Shown in pieces: positions 20,099 through 30,308 of a DNA stretch of 64,000 nt. The stretch lies in the NCBI GenBank assembly GCA_965219995.1, contig CBDCOX010000002.1, positions 2,432,001-2,496,000 of the forward strand, in the 5' to 3' direction. The position numbers and the translations under genes were made by a program. The notes under the pieces are model-generated. The model saw nothing but the letters and a program-made list of their open reading frames with translations. It had not been told where the DNA came from and did no database searches. How positions within the stretch are numbered: position 1 is the stretch's first letter; every line of letters begins with the position of its first letter. The DNA is from Candidatus Latescibacterota bacterium (GTDB lineage: Bacteria; Latescibacterota; UBA2968; GCA-2709665).

Positions 20099-20764
20099 TC
20101 ATCCGGTGGCGCCGAAGTCTCCGGCGAACGCGATAAAGTCCTGAAAATCCACGGCGCCGTTTTCGTTCAGGTCGAATATCGGATTGAAAACAACGTCACC
20201 CCGGCTCGCGCCGAATGCCGCGGCAAAGCTCGAGAAGTCCGCAAAGTCGACCTTGCCGTCCGCATTGAAGTCCGACCTGAGGCGCGAAACCACCGGAACG
20301 CTGCTGAAGATGCCGGGGTTGCTGAGCGAAAGCAGCCGGCCGGGCGCCGGGTCGCCGGGACGCCAGGCGCCCGCCGGATCCCCGAGTTCCATTCCGTTCG
20401 TGAATCCGTCCCGGTCCGAGTCCAGTTGCGCGAGGCTCGGCCCCCACACCACGTTTCCGGAATAACCCGCCTCGGACAGGAACCCCTTCCGGACGGTCAC
20501 GCCGAAGGCATTCAGCGGGCCGCCCCCGCCGGTATACGCGTGGCAGCTTGCGCAGATCTCGTCGCCTTCGTTGGTCGCTTCATGCGTCGATTCCGAGAGC
20601 GGTATGTCCAGCCTGGTGGTCGTCCGGCCCCGGTCGACGTGGCAGGTGCGGCAGCGGGCCGCGTTGGCGTTGGGGACCTGAAACACCCGTTTCGGCCGCG
20701 ACTCCGCTACCCGGCACACCGCGAGGACGACGATTAGAACAACCGCTGAGGTCCGGGTGTACAT
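20099..20764 (-). CDS. Secreted temptin-like protein with two CxxCH motifs and C-terminal dockerin/EF-hand-like domain
   Basis: CRTCH, CASCH, GGGPLNAFG...W...LAQLDSDRDGFTNGMELGDP; DFNADGKVDFADF / DLNENGAVDFQDF. Confidence 0.7.
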   Translation of the reverse strand: MYTRTSAVVLIVVLAVCRVAESRPKRVFQVPNANAARCRTCHVDRGRTTTRLDIPLSESTHEATNEGDEICASCHAYTGGGGPLNAFGVTVRKGFLSEAGYSGNVVWGPSLAQLDSDRDGFTNGMELGDPAGAWRPGDPAPGRLLSLSNPGIFSSVPVVSRLRSDFNADGKVDFADFSSFAAAFGASRGDVVFNPIFDLNENGAVDFQDFIAFAGDFGATG

Positions 20765-21502
20765 TTAACGCATGAAATACTTGATTCCGACCATCAGATT
20801 GAAACTGAAAATCGGAAACGTCTTCTTCAAATCCCAGTCTTCGTAAGGCCTTAATTCGCCCATCGATACGTTCCAGCGGACCCTGAAGTCCACCAGGAAC
20901 TGATCGGAGGTGCGGCGGTAGAAGCCCAGCCCCGTGTTGATCGAGAGCGCCACGTCCTCGTCCACCGTGGACTCCACCATGCCCTGCGAGTCCGTCCGGA
21001 TCTGTTCGCCCACCTGCCCCGGCCAGATCAGACCCGACACCTCGTGGGTATACCTCAGGAACCCGATGCCGGCGGCAATGTAAGGAACGCTCTGCCCGGT
21101 CCGATCGGGCTTGAATGAACGCAAACCGTTGACCACGATGCCGCCGATCCACATATTCGCCTCGGCGCCGGGACTCTTCACCAGGGAACCGCTCGCGGAT
21201 CCCAGTCCGTTGTGCCAGGTGAACTGGCGGTCGGAGAGACCGGCGTCTGAGAGCGGCGAGTACGTCACTTCCACTTCCGTCATCGTTCTGTCGGACACCT
21301 GGTACGTCAACTGCCCGACAAACGCCGGCGAAATATTGTACCAACCCTTGAGCGGCCCGGCGGGCCGCAAGGCAGATCCGTGGACGCCGAGCGCGTAACG
21401 CAAGTCCTGCGCGTGCGGCGCGGACGTGATACCGAGTCCGAACAGAATAAACGCGCCCAGGACCGGGACGAGCGCCAATCTGAGAATGCCCGTTGCTCTC
21501 AT
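20765..21502 (-). CDS. Outer-membrane beta-barrel protein
   Basis: Signal peptide, PYIAAGIGF, C-terminal VGIKYF; probable start ATG 21502. Confidence 0.7.
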   Translation of the reverse strand: MRATGILRLALVPVLGAFILFGLGITSAPHAQDLRYALGVHGSALRPAGPLKGWYNISPAFVGQLTYQVSDRTMTEVEVTYSPLSDAGLSDRQFTWHNGLGSASGSLVKSPGAEANMWIGGIVVNGLRSFKPDRTGQSVPYIAAGIGFLRYTHEVSGLIWPGQVGEQIRTDSQGMVESTVDEDVALSINTGLGFYRRTSDQFLVDFRVRWNVSMGELRPYEDWDLKKTFPIFSFNLMVGIKYFMR

Positions 21503-21822
21503 TACTTCGGACCTCCTTCCCGAACTGCGGCTGTAAGCATGAACTGCCACCTGCTTCCTCAGGATTGACACCGCCAGGCACAAACCGTTACAAGGTTTGG
21601 CTGGCCGGCAGTCCTGAATTTATTTGACCAATAACCAATATAAGATTGAATAAACAAGAAACAAATAAAAAAACGACCGGCCGCGGAAAATTTCACCGCT
21701 GCCCCCGATACTAGCCGGAGGGATGTTTTCTGTTGCGCCGTTTCGGAGTCCGGAAGTATCTTTTGCGCCGACGCATCATTGCACGCTCTACGCGCATGAA
21801 TCGCGCCAAAAGGATGGATCTT

Positions 21823-23565
21823 ATGAAATGCACAGTGGGGCGCGTCCGGAGGTCATCCCTTCTCTCCGCGGGTGTCTGCGCCGCCGTTCTCTGCGTACCC
21901 TGGCTCGGAGCCGGCGGTTCCGGCGCCGCGACCGGGATTTCGGCCGAGGCGCGCAGGGCTCTGGAAGCGGGTCTCGCCCACGCGGCCGGCGGCCGGCTGG
22001 CAGCAGCTTCACGGGAGATGGCCCGGGCGGCCGAACTGGCCCCTGAATCGGCGGAGGTGTGGCACAACTTCGGCATCCTGAACGCGCAGATGGGCCGGCT
22101 TGACGACGCCGCGGATATGCTGCAGCGCGCGGCCCGTCTGGAACCGGATTACAGGCACACCCACATCGTCCTGGGCGCAGTCTACCAGAGAATGGGCAGA
22201 CTTTCTGAAGCCGAACGCGCATATCGACGCGCGGCCGACCTTGCTCCCGATCTGCCGGACGCGCACCGCGCGCTGGGACTCCTCGCCGTGGCCCGGAAGG
22301 ACCTTCCGGCGGCCGCCGCGGCGTTCAGGCGTGCCGTGGAACTGGCTCCTCATAGCGCCGAGCTTCAATACAGGCTGGGTGCGGTCGAGTTGAAGAGGGG
22401 CAACGGCAGGACCGGGGAAGCCGCCCTGAAACGGTCGGTATCCCTTGAACCGGGACTTGCGCCGGCCTGGTTGGAACTGGCGGCTTACTACAAACGTCTG
22501 CTCCACCTGGACAGGGCCCTTGAAGCGTATCGCCGTGCGGTTGCCATCGACCCCGGCTCTTCGACCGCGTGGCAGGGGCTGGGAGACGTTGAAGCCGCCG
22601 GGGGCAACGCATCGCGCGCCGCCGACGCCTTCCGGAGGGCCGAAACGGCGGACCCTTCGAACCCCGACGCGCCCTTTCTGCTGGGCAGGGCGCTGTTGCA
22701 TCTGGGAAGGAGCCGGGAGGCCGTTCCGGCGCTTCGGCGGGCAATCCGTCTGGCGCCCGACTTCCCGGATGCGCGATCGGCCCTTGCAAAGGCATTCGCG
22801 GCTGTTGGCGAGGATCGAAGGGCGGTCGATGCGTATCGCGAGGCCTTGCGGTACGCGCCGGCGCACGCGGGCGCGTACTTCGGACTGGGTGAAATTCTGC
22901 TGAGGATGGGAAGCCTGACCGAAGCGGAGGCGGCGCTTCGCCGCGTGATCGCGCTCAACCCGGATCACGCCAGAGCCCGTTACGGCCTGGGGCGCGCCTG
23001 CATGCTTCAGGGGCGGACTGAGGAAGGAAGACGGGAACTCGAGGAATTCGAGCGGTTGTCAAGAGAAGGGCACAGGCTGGACGTGCTGGAACGGGCGGTT
23101 CTCCGGCGCCCTGAAGACCCCGATCTGCATGTTCGCCTCGGGCGGATCCACGCTGCCCGGGGACGCGCGCGAGAAGCCGCGGACGCGTTCGGCCGCGCCG
23201 TGGAGCGCGACAGCACGTTCATCGGCGCGCACGTCGGGCTGGCCGTGGCGGCCGCGGAAACCGGCGACCTGGAAACCGCCGAGGAGGCGCTGAAACGGGT
23301 GGTGCGGCTGTCCCCGTCGCCGCGCTACTTCCTCGCGCTGGGCGCGGTCCACGAACGCCAGCGGCGCTGGCGGGAAGCGACGGACGCGTTCGAGCAGGCG
23401 ATTCGACGGGACGCAAACCTGGTCGCGGCGCACAGGTCGCTGGCCGCGCTCTACCAGCGGGACGGACGGATCGACGCGGCCCGGCGGGCGCTGAAACGCG
23501 TTCTGGCGCTCGATCCGTCGGATGCGGACGCCGCCGCGGCCCTCTCCCGCCTCGAAAGGAAGTGA
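21823..23565 (+). CDS. Tetratricopeptide repeat protein
   Basis: Many consecutive 34-aa TPR motifs after an N-terminal hydrophobic segment; start uncertain (21733-21823). Confidence 0.85.
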   Translation: MKCTVGRVRRSSLLSAGVCAAVLCVPWLGAGGSGAATGISAEARRALEAGLAHAAGGRLAAASREMARAAELAPESAEVWHNFGILNAQMGRLDDAADMLQRAARLEPDYRHTHIVLGAVYQRMGRLSEAERAYRRAADLAPDLPDAHRALGLLAVARKDLPAAAAAFRRAVELAPHSAELQYRLGAVELKRGNGRTGEAALKRSVSLEPGLAPAWLELAAYYKRLLHLDRALEAYRRAVAIDPGSSTAWQGLGDVEAAGGNASRAADAFRRAETADPSNPDAPFLLGRALLHLGRSREAVPALRRAIRLAPDFPDARSALAKAFAAVGEDRRAVDAYREALRYAPAHAGAYFGLGEILLRMGSLTEAEAALRRVIALNPDHARARYGLGRACMLQGRTEEGRRELEEFERLSREGHRLDVLERAVLRRPEDPDLHVRLGRIHAARGRAREAADAFGRAVERDSTFIGAHVGLAVAAAETGDLETAEEALKRVVRLSPSPRYFLALGAVHERQRRWREATDAFEQAIRRDANLVAAHRSLAALYQRDGRIDAARRALKRVLALDPSDADAAAALSRLERK

Positions 23566-23596
23566 CCGGCGCTGCCGGTTCCGGGATCGACCCCGG

Positions 23597-24874
23597 TCAT
23601 CCCGCGGGCGGCGTGAGCCGGCCGTAGAAGACCTCGTTGCTGTTCTGCTCGGAAGGCCCCGTCCAGTAGCAGTCCATAAAGGGCGCGTGGGTCCCGCCCG
23701 CCCGGGTCGTATTCGTAAAGAAGTGCCACAGCCGTGACGGCATATCCAGCCGCACGGGTTCGCTGATCCGGTCCCATGCGCCGTCTTCGCCCGCCGCGTA
23801 CCAGACCCCCTCAGCGTTGCTTCTGCCCCCGCGCGTCAGGAAATAGTGAAACCGGCCGTCCGGCGTCTCGTAGACCCGGCCCCCGTTGAAGTTGCCCATA
23901 CAGAAGTGTTCGAACGGCCCGCCGGGGTCCCCCACCGCGTGGTAGAGCAGGCTGTTTCCCGGGTCCTGCCCCCGCCCCGCCCAGACGGTGGCGGCCGGCT
24001 GCCGGTTTTCGTAATACGTGATGTGTACCCGTCCCTTCGTGTCCATCATCAGGTCCTGGTGATCGGTCGTCCCCCGGGCCCGCCCGTCGAACGTATCCGA
24101 AACGTCGCTGATAACGGTCATTCGCCAGTCATCCGGTGCGCCGAACACGTCCGGACAGTAGTAATAGTAGGCCTTCAGGACGGGGTAAATACCGCGGGGC
24201 GTGTCAACCGTGTTCACCTTTCCGGTATCGGGGTCCCTGAGTTTGATCGTCTGGTTGGGAAACTGTTCGCCCGCGAGGAAATAGTCGTCGCTGGAAATCG
24301 AGTGCGCCTCGGCGCCGTTGAGGATGACGAAGTTGTACCCGCGGTTCCGTTCATGTTCCACGCTGCCCGAGACCATCGGGCGGTAGTCGTTTTCGGGGTC
24401 GAGTACATACCACGCCATCGTTGGAAGCCCGCCGGCCACGAAGATCCGGCCGGCGGCGTCGATCGACGCGCCGAATCGGCTGTCGGCCGTCGCGTATTCC
24501 TGTATGGAGAACCTTTCAACCTGCCCGGGCGGGTCGAAGATGGCGTGGTAACTGGCGTTCGCGCCGGCAATCACGTGCAGCCGCCCCGCGCCGTCCACGA
24601 GCAGGTTGCCGTTCTGGGGCACCGGAGGCAGAGGGTCGCTCGCCTCCCACGCCCCGCGGTCGACGCGCCGGTAGACCACAAGGGTCATGTCGTCCCGCCA
24701 GCTGAGCGCGTAGACGTCCTCGCCCGCGCGGACGATATTGGACTGGTTGTACCCCCAGCAGCTCGCGCCGCTTCCTCCCGTCTGCAGGTGTCCCGCGGTG
24801 TCCGTAATCATTTCCACGTCGAAACGCGGCGACTCCGGCTGCGCATAGGTTACGTGGACCCGTTCCGGCTTCAT
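23597..24874 (-). CDS. Hypothetical protein, probable beta-propeller (BNR/sialidase-like fold)
   Basis: Repeated D..GRLHVI / D..GRIFV / D..GRVHI / PDGRFHY blades; ATGA overlap with oppF stop. Confidence 0.6.
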   Translation of the reverse strand: MKPERVHVTYAQPESPRFDVEMITDTAGHLQTGGSGASCWGYNQSNIVRAGEDVYALSWRDDMTLVVYRRVDRGAWEASDPLPPVPQNGNLLVDGAGRLHVIAGANASYHAIFDPPGQVERFSIQEYATADSRFGASIDAAGRIFVAGGLPTMAWYVLDPENDYRPMVSGSVEHERNRGYNFVILNGAEAHSISSDDYFLAGEQFPNQTIKLRDPDTGKVNTVDTPRGIYPVLKAYYYYCPDVFGAPDDWRMTVISDVSDTFDGRARGTTDHQDLMMDTKGRVHITYYENRQPAATVWAGRGQDPGNSLLYHAVGDPGGPFEHFCMGNFNGGRVYETPDGRFHYFLTRGGRSNAEGVWYAAGEDGAWDRISEPVRLDMPSRLWHFFTNTTRAGGTHAPFMDCYWTGPSEQNSNEVFYGRLTPPAG

Positions 24875-25830
24875 CCGACTCCTCCTTCCGTAAGAAAACA
24901 CGCGGCCCGATGGCCCGGCTCGACCCGCGTCAGTTGCGGCGTCTCCCGGCTGCACCGGTCCATGCGATAAGGGCAACGCGGATGGAAAGCGCAGCCCGTC
25001 GGGGGGTCGACGGGGCTCGGCACCTCCCCCTCAAGGATGATCCGCTCCGATTGTGCATCCGGGTCCAGACGCGGCGCCGACGACAGCAGAATCTGCGTGT
25101 ACGGATGGCGCGGCCGCCCGTACAGCGCTTCCGTCGGCCCCACCTCCACCAGCCTCCCCAGGTACATGACGCCCACGACGTCCGAGAGGTGCTCGACGAC
25201 TTTCAGATCGTGAGAAATGAACAGGTACGCCAGGCCGAAGCGTTCCTGCAGGGATTCCATAAGGTTCAGAATCTGCGCCTGGATGGACAGATCCAGCGAG
25301 GAGACCGGCTCGTCGCAGATGACGAACTGCGGTTTCAACGCCAGCGCCCGGGCGATCGCGACGCGCTGCTGCTGTCCGCCGGAGAACTCGTGCGGAAACG
25401 CGTCGGCGAACCGCCTCCCCACGCCGACCAGGTCCAGCAGCCGGCCCACCTCTTCCTCCCGTTCCCGCTTTGTGCCCACTCTGTGTATCTTCAGCGCGTC
25501 CCCCACGATCGCGCCCACGCTCATCATCGGGTTCAGGGACGACAGCGGGTCCTGAAAGACAATCTGCATCTTCCGCCGCAGCGCGCGCAGCTCCCGGCCG
25601 GAGAGCGCGCGCACGTCGCGCTCCTCGAAAATTACCCGTCCCGCCGTGGGCTCGTGCAGCCGGAGGACCGCGCGGGCGAGGGTCGATTTGCCGCTGCCGC
25701 TTTCTCCGACCAGGCCGAAGGTCTGGTTCCGGTGGATCTGAAACGTCACGCCGTCCACGGCCTTCACCACGTCCCTGCCCTGGTCGAAATGCATCTTCAG
25801 GTCCACAACCCGCAACAACGGTTCCGACAT
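24871..25830 (-). CDS. oppF: Oligopeptide/dipeptide ABC transporter ATP-binding protein (OppF/DppF type)
   Basis: GESGSGKS, FSGGQQQR, ICDEP, HPYT, GCAFHPRC; start MSEPLL at 25830. Confidence 0.92.
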   Translation of the reverse strand: MSEPLLRVVDLKMHFDQGRDVVKAVDGVTFQIHRNQTFGLVGESGSGKSTLARAVLRLHEPTAGRVIFEERDVRALSGRELRALRRKMQIVFQDPLSSLNPMMSVGAIVGDALKIHRVGTKREREEEVGRLLDLVGVGRRFADAFPHEFSGGQQQRVAIARALALKPQFVICDEPVSSLDLSIQAQILNLMESLQERFGLAYLFISHDLKVVEHLSDVVGVMYLGRLVEVGPTEALYGRPRHPYTQILLSSAPRLDPDAQSERIILEGEVPSPVDPPTGCAFHPRCPYRMDRCSRETPQLTRVEPGHRAACFLTEGGVG

Positions 25831-25957
25831 GGCCCCGCCCGTGAATGCATCGCCGTTCTGGATTGGAGAACGGGAAAAAGGTTTGAAGCCCAAAAAACGC
25901 GACCTATATTGGACCTGCAAGCTCGTGCGTGACAATTTATCCTTTGCACGACGTCGA

Positions 25958-25986
25958 AAAGTAGGACCGGGCACCCCCGGACGCAA
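25958..25986 (-). promoter_or_regulatory. Putative sigma70 promoter for oppF
   Basis: Minus strand TTGCGT - 17 bp - TACTTT. Confidence 0.4.
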
Positions 25987-26064
25987 GCACAATCAGGGCG
26001 TGCGGACGGCCCGGGAGAGACGCCGTATCCGGGCCTGCGGCAACTTGTCAGAAAGGATCGTCTC

Positions 26065-28392
26065 ATGGCTGTAGATATCACGCTGGCGAACGAAATCCGC
26101 GTGCCGCGCCGCGGAGAGTGGCTGTGCAGGGGACTGCCGTTCCCGGAGGGATCTCTGACGGATTCCGCGAGGCTGACCCTGAAGGACGAGACCGGCGGCG
26201 TGCTGCCGCTGGGATCGGAGGTCCTGGCCCGCTGGCCGGACAGGTCTTCGAAGTGGGTGCTGCTTCAATTCCCCGTGGACTTCGACCGCAACGGGAGGAA
26301 AGACTATTCGCTGACGTGGGACGATAACGCGCCGGAGGCCGACGCGGGTCCGCGAATCGCCTACTCGAAGACGGAGACGGGAATCGAGGTCGACAACGGG
26401 GTTCTGCGATTTGTCCTTCCTGCTTCCGGACAGGCGTTTCTGGTCGCGTGCAGCAGGAGAGACAGGGCGTGTATCCGGACGGTCAGCGCGGAGATCGAAG
26501 ACGAAGCGGGCGACGTTTTCACGAGCCGGCTCGAGGGGGAACCCCGCATTGAGAGATCCACCGGAAAAATGCTGGTCGTGAGCAGGCAGGGCACGCACCG
26601 GGACAAGGCCGGCCGCAAGCTGTTTTCACTCGTTTTCCGGGTAACGGTATTCGCCGGCGCCGAGGACCTGGAGGTGGAGTACCAGTTCATCCACGATGAG
26701 CCCTATCGGGATGTTCCGGAACGGCGGAAACTGGCCCAGGGTATCGGGACCCCGAGCGTGGACCTGGAGAGTCCCCGCCTGCGGCAGCTGCGAGCGGTGC
26801 GGCTTGTTGTGGAACACGCCATCGACGGCGCCGGCGAATTCGCAACCTGTCCCATTGCCACGGTTGGGAACCAGGGCCTGGTCACGTCGGATCGGCCGAT
26901 TCGGGGCCTGTTGACCGACGCCCCGCGTACGGCCATGTACGACGCCATGATCGACGCCGACGTGTACGACGGCGAGACAGCGGTCGGCCGCTCCCACGGA
27001 TGGGTCTCCGCGGGGGACAGCGAAGGCGGGATCGCGGCCTCGGTCCGGAAGTTCGTCCAGCAGTGGCCCAAGGGCTTCTTTGCGGACGCCGGCAGGATCG
27101 TTCTGGACCTCTGGCCCGAGGCGGCGGGACCGCTCGCGATTTTCCAGGGACAGGCCAAGTCGCACCAGGTCAAGCTGCGGGCGTACACCGGCGGAGCAGC
27201 CCGGGCGCGGCTGGCGGACTGGCATTTCGCGTATCAGTTTCCCGTCGTTTTCTCTTCTACGGACTGGTTTATCGATTCCGGAGCGATCGGGCCCGTGTTC
27301 CGCTATCAGCCGGAGAAATACAGGGGTATCGAGCAGAAGTTCCGCCTGGAGTTCGAGCAGTTTCTGGGATACGACCGGCGCCTGGGGATGATGGACTACG
27401 GCGACTACGAGCAGCTGATGAGCGCCTCCTGGGGGCGCGTGGATTTCATGGCCAACTGCGAGCACGACTTCGGCCAGACCGTGTACCTCCAGCTTGTTCG
27501 CACCGGCAACTATCTCTATCTCGACGCCTTCGAATCCGCGATCCGGCACGTGATGGACCTGGACATCATCCACTTCGACGATCATTTCGACGAGCAGGGC
27601 GGATGGACGTCTCACGGCGCCTACCACGTCGGTGCCGACGGGAAACCCAACTGCCACCTCTCCCACATGTGGGCGGAGGGATTTCTATCCTATTATTATT
27701 ATTCCGGATACGCGCCGGCGTTGGAAGCCGCGCGCGGCGTGGCGGACCTGATCTGCAGGAAGGTGGCGGCGGGAGGCGGGAGGCGGGGCGCGCGGGACCG
27801 GGGCTGGCCGTTGATCGCGCTTTGCAGCGTGTACCGGGCAACAGGGGAAGAGCGGTACGCCGAGGCCGCGGAGACGATTGCGGCATCCTTTTCGGAGGGA
27901 CCGGACCCGCTGGAACCCAACGGCGGCTGCAGCGGCGGATGGGGACCGATCCCCTACCAGCAGGCGGTGATGGGCAGCATCGCCGCAACCGGTCTTGCAT
28001 ACCACTACCAGACCTTCGGGAATCCCCTGAGCAGGGACTCTTTCCTGAGGATCTGCGACTTCCTGGCAAGCGAAGACGTCCGCACGCCGGAAGGGCTCTA
28101 TCTGTCCATGCCCGGTAACGAGACACCGATGAGCTATATCGGTTTCTCAGCCCTGCGGGAGAGCATCGGCTACGGGTGGGAAATCACGGGCGACGAGAAG
28201 TACGTGTACGCCGGCCTGCGGGACATCGAGATGAATATGATTTCGACGTTCCCGTCCGTCGGTCATCTGGAAAAGACGAGATTCGGGTGCGAGGTCGTCC
28301 GCGCCACGGGCGACTCCATCAGCGTCATCTGGCGCGATCTGCTCCGATTCTTCGACTACGCCGACCGGGCGGGGCTGCTGCGCGACTTCTGA
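26065..28392 (+). CDS. YetA/PcRGLX-like (exo-rhamnogalacturonan lyase-like) protein
   Basis: GLPFPEG...LARWPD.S.KW N-terminus; F.QQWPKG; GMMDYGD, ANCEHD, HVMDLD, SHMW, R..GWPL (alpha/alpha)6 motifs; no signal peptide. Confidence 0.7.
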   Translation: MAVDITLANEIRVPRRGEWLCRGLPFPEGSLTDSARLTLKDETGGVLPLGSEVLARWPDRSSKWVLLQFPVDFDRNGRKDYSLTWDDNAPEADAGPRIAYSKTETGIEVDNGVLRFVLPASGQAFLVACSRRDRACIRTVSAEIEDEAGDVFTSRLEGEPRIERSTGKMLVVSRQGTHRDKAGRKLFSLVFRVTVFAGAEDLEVEYQFIHDEPYRDVPERRKLAQGIGTPSVDLESPRLRQLRAVRLVVEHAIDGAGEFATCPIATVGNQGLVTSDRPIRGLLTDAPRTAMYDAMIDADVYDGETAVGRSHGWVSAGDSEGGIAASVRKFVQQWPKGFFADAGRIVLDLWPEAAGPLAIFQGQAKSHQVKLRAYTGGAARARLADWHFAYQFPVVFSSTDWFIDSGAIGPVFRYQPEKYRGIEQKFRLEFEQFLGYDRRLGMMDYGDYEQLMSASWGRVDFMANCEHDFGQTVYLQLVRTGNYLYLDAFESAIRHVMDLDIIHFDDHFDEQGGWTSHGAYHVGADGKPNCHLSHMWAEGFLSYYYYSGYAPALEAARGVADLICRKVAAGGGRRGARDRGWPLIALCSVYRATGEERYAEAAETIAASFSEGPDPLEPNGGCSGGWGPIPYQQAVMGSIAATGLAYHYQTFGNPLSRDSFLRICDFLASEDVRTPEGLYLSMPGNETPMSYIGFSALRESIGYGWEITGDEKYVYAGLRDIEMNMISTFPSVGHLEKTRFGCEVVRATGDSISVIWRDLLRFFDYADRAGLLRDF

Positions 28393-28409
28393 CAACGCGG
28401 GATACACGC

Positions 28410-29366
28410 TCAAGCATCGTGGTGCCAGCAGAAGACGGAATGGTCGTCCGATATCCTGGTCATTCCGGGGTCCTCTTCCCGGCACAGGTCCGTGGCGCGG
28501 GGACAGCGGGGATGGAAGCGGCATCCGGACGGCGGCCGGGTCATGTCGGGAGGCTGCCCGGGGATGGTGTCCAGGCGCCCTCGGACCATCTTCGCGTTTT
28601 CCAGCAGCCCGATCGAGTACGGGTGCCTCGGGGACTTCAGGAATGCGCGGGTGGGCGCAATTTCGGCCACCCTTCCCGCGTACATGACGACGATCCTGTC
28701 GCTGAATTCCACGGCAAGCCCGAAATCGTGGGTGATCAGCACGGTAGACATCCCGTGCGCGGCCTTCATCCGGTTCATCAGATCCATGATCTGCGCCTGT
28801 GTCGTGACGTCCAGCGCCGTTGTGGGTTCGTCCGCGATCATCAGCTTCGGCTCGCAGCTCAGCGCCATCGCAATCATCACGCGCTGTTTCATCCCTCCCG
28901 AAAGTTCGAAAGGGTAGTTCCGGTAGCGCAGCGCCGGCGCGGGAATGCCCACCTCTTCCAGCAGCGAGACCGCGCGATCGAAGGACCGCTTCCGGTCGGC
29001 CCGCCCGTGCCACAGAAGGGGTTCGGCAATCTGCGGCCCGCTGCGCATCGTGGGATTGAGCGACGTCTGGGGATTCTGAAAGATGAATCCGACGTCGTTG
29101 CCGCGAATCTCCTGAAGCGCCCGTTCGTCCAGTTCCAGCAGGTTGCGTCCGTCGAAAACCACCTTTCCGGCCTCGATCTTCCCCCTCCCTCCGATAAGCC
29201 TGACGACGGACAGCATGCTCACGCTCTTGCCGCTGCCGCTTTCCCCGACGATGCCCACGCTCTCCCGTTCGCGAACGACGTATGAGATCCCGTCCACCGC
29301 CCTCACCACGCCGTCGCGGCGATAGAAGTAGGTCTTCAGGTTTCGGATATCGAGCAGCGTGGACAC
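28410..29366 (-). CDS. oppD: Oligopeptide ABC transporter ATP-binding protein (OppD type)
   Basis: GESGSGKS, LSGGMKQR, IADEPTTALDVT, GCRFHPRC. Confidence 0.92.
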   Translation of the reverse strand: MSTLLDIRNLKTYFYRRDGVVRAVDGISYVVRERESVGIVGESGSGKSVSMLSVVRLIGGRGKIEAGKVVFDGRNLLELDERALQEIRGNDVGFIFQNPQTSLNPTMRSGPQIAEPLLWHGRADRKRSFDRAVSLLEEVGIPAPALRYRNYPFELSGGMKQRVMIAMALSCEPKLMIADEPTTALDVTTQAQIMDLMNRMKAAHGMSTVLITHDFGLAVEFSDRIVVMYAGRVAEIAPTRAFLKSPRHPYSIGLLENAKMVRGRLDTIPGQPPDMTRPPSGCRFHPRCPRATDLCREEDPGMTRISDDHSVFCWHHDA

Positions 29367-29396
29367 GGACGCGCCTCACAGAGTCCAACCAAGGAC

Positions 29397-30296
29397 TTAT
29401 TCCTTGGGATTAAATGCGTCGTTCAGCCCGTCGCCCAGATACGTGAATGCGAGAAGCGCGAGCGCAAACGTGGCGGCCGGCCACGTGAGCTGGTAGGGAA
29501 AGGCCCTGAAATTGAGGCTCCCCACCTGGATAAGGACGCCCCAGCTCGGCCGGGGCGGCATCACCCCCAGCCCGAGCAGACTCAGCGCCGACTCGGTCAT
29601 CATCAGGGTGGGGACCATGAATGCGATGGCGACGATCAGCGGGCCGAAGGAATTCGGAAGAATGTAACGCCGGATCGCATATCGATGCGTCGCCCCGAGC
29701 GCCCGCGCCGACTCCACGTATTCCAGGTTCTTGATGGACAAAACCTGGGCGCGCATCAGCCGGGCGAACCCCACCCATCCCGTGGCCGCGATGGCGATGA
29801 ATATCGTCACGATGCCCCTGCCGAGGACCGACACCAGGATGATGCTGAAGAGAAACCCGGGAAATGCGTACATCACGTCCGTAAACCGCATCAGCACGTT
29901 GTCCACGACGCCGCCGGCGTACCCCGCGACAGCACCGATCAGTCCGCCGATCGCGACAGAGATCACCGCTGCGCCGAACGCAACGGCCAGGGCCGTCTGA
30001 AGGCTGAAGATCAGGCGGCTGAAGATGTCCCGCCCCACCTCGTCGGTCCCGGCGATGTGCCGCCAGGACGGGGACTGGTACGCGTTGTCCAGGTCGATCT
30101 GGTTATACCCGTACGGCGCAATGAAATCCGCCAGGGCCGCGACCAGTATCATCACGATCACGAAAACCAGGCTCAGCACGGCCAGACGGTTCGAGGAGAA
30201 TCGCTGCCAGACGGCGCCCCAATAAGAGATCCGCGGCGCGGGCGACGACTCATCCGCATCGGACGGCGGACGTCCGGACCGATTCGGCACAGCCAC
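29397..30296 (-). CDS. oppC: Oligopeptide ABC transporter permease (OppC type)
   Basis: HIAGTDEVGRD, EYVESARALGA EAA loop, PSWG. Confidence 0.9.
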   Translation of the reverse strand: MAVPNRSGRPPSDADESSPAPRISYWGAVWQRFSSNRLAVLSLVFVIVMILVAALADFIAPYGYNQIDLDNAYQSPSWRHIAGTDEVGRDIFSRLIFSLQTALAVAFGAAVISVAIGGLIGAVAGYAGGVVDNVLMRFTDVMYAFPGFLFSIILVSVLGRGIVTIFIAIAATGWVGFARLMRAQVLSIKNLEYVESARALGATHRYAIRRYILPNSFGPLIVAIAFMVPTLMMTESALSLLGLGVMPPRPSWGVLIQVGSLNFRAFPYQLTWPAATFALALLAFTYLGDGLNDAFNPKE

Positions 30297-30308
30297 GCGT
30301 TATCCCCC

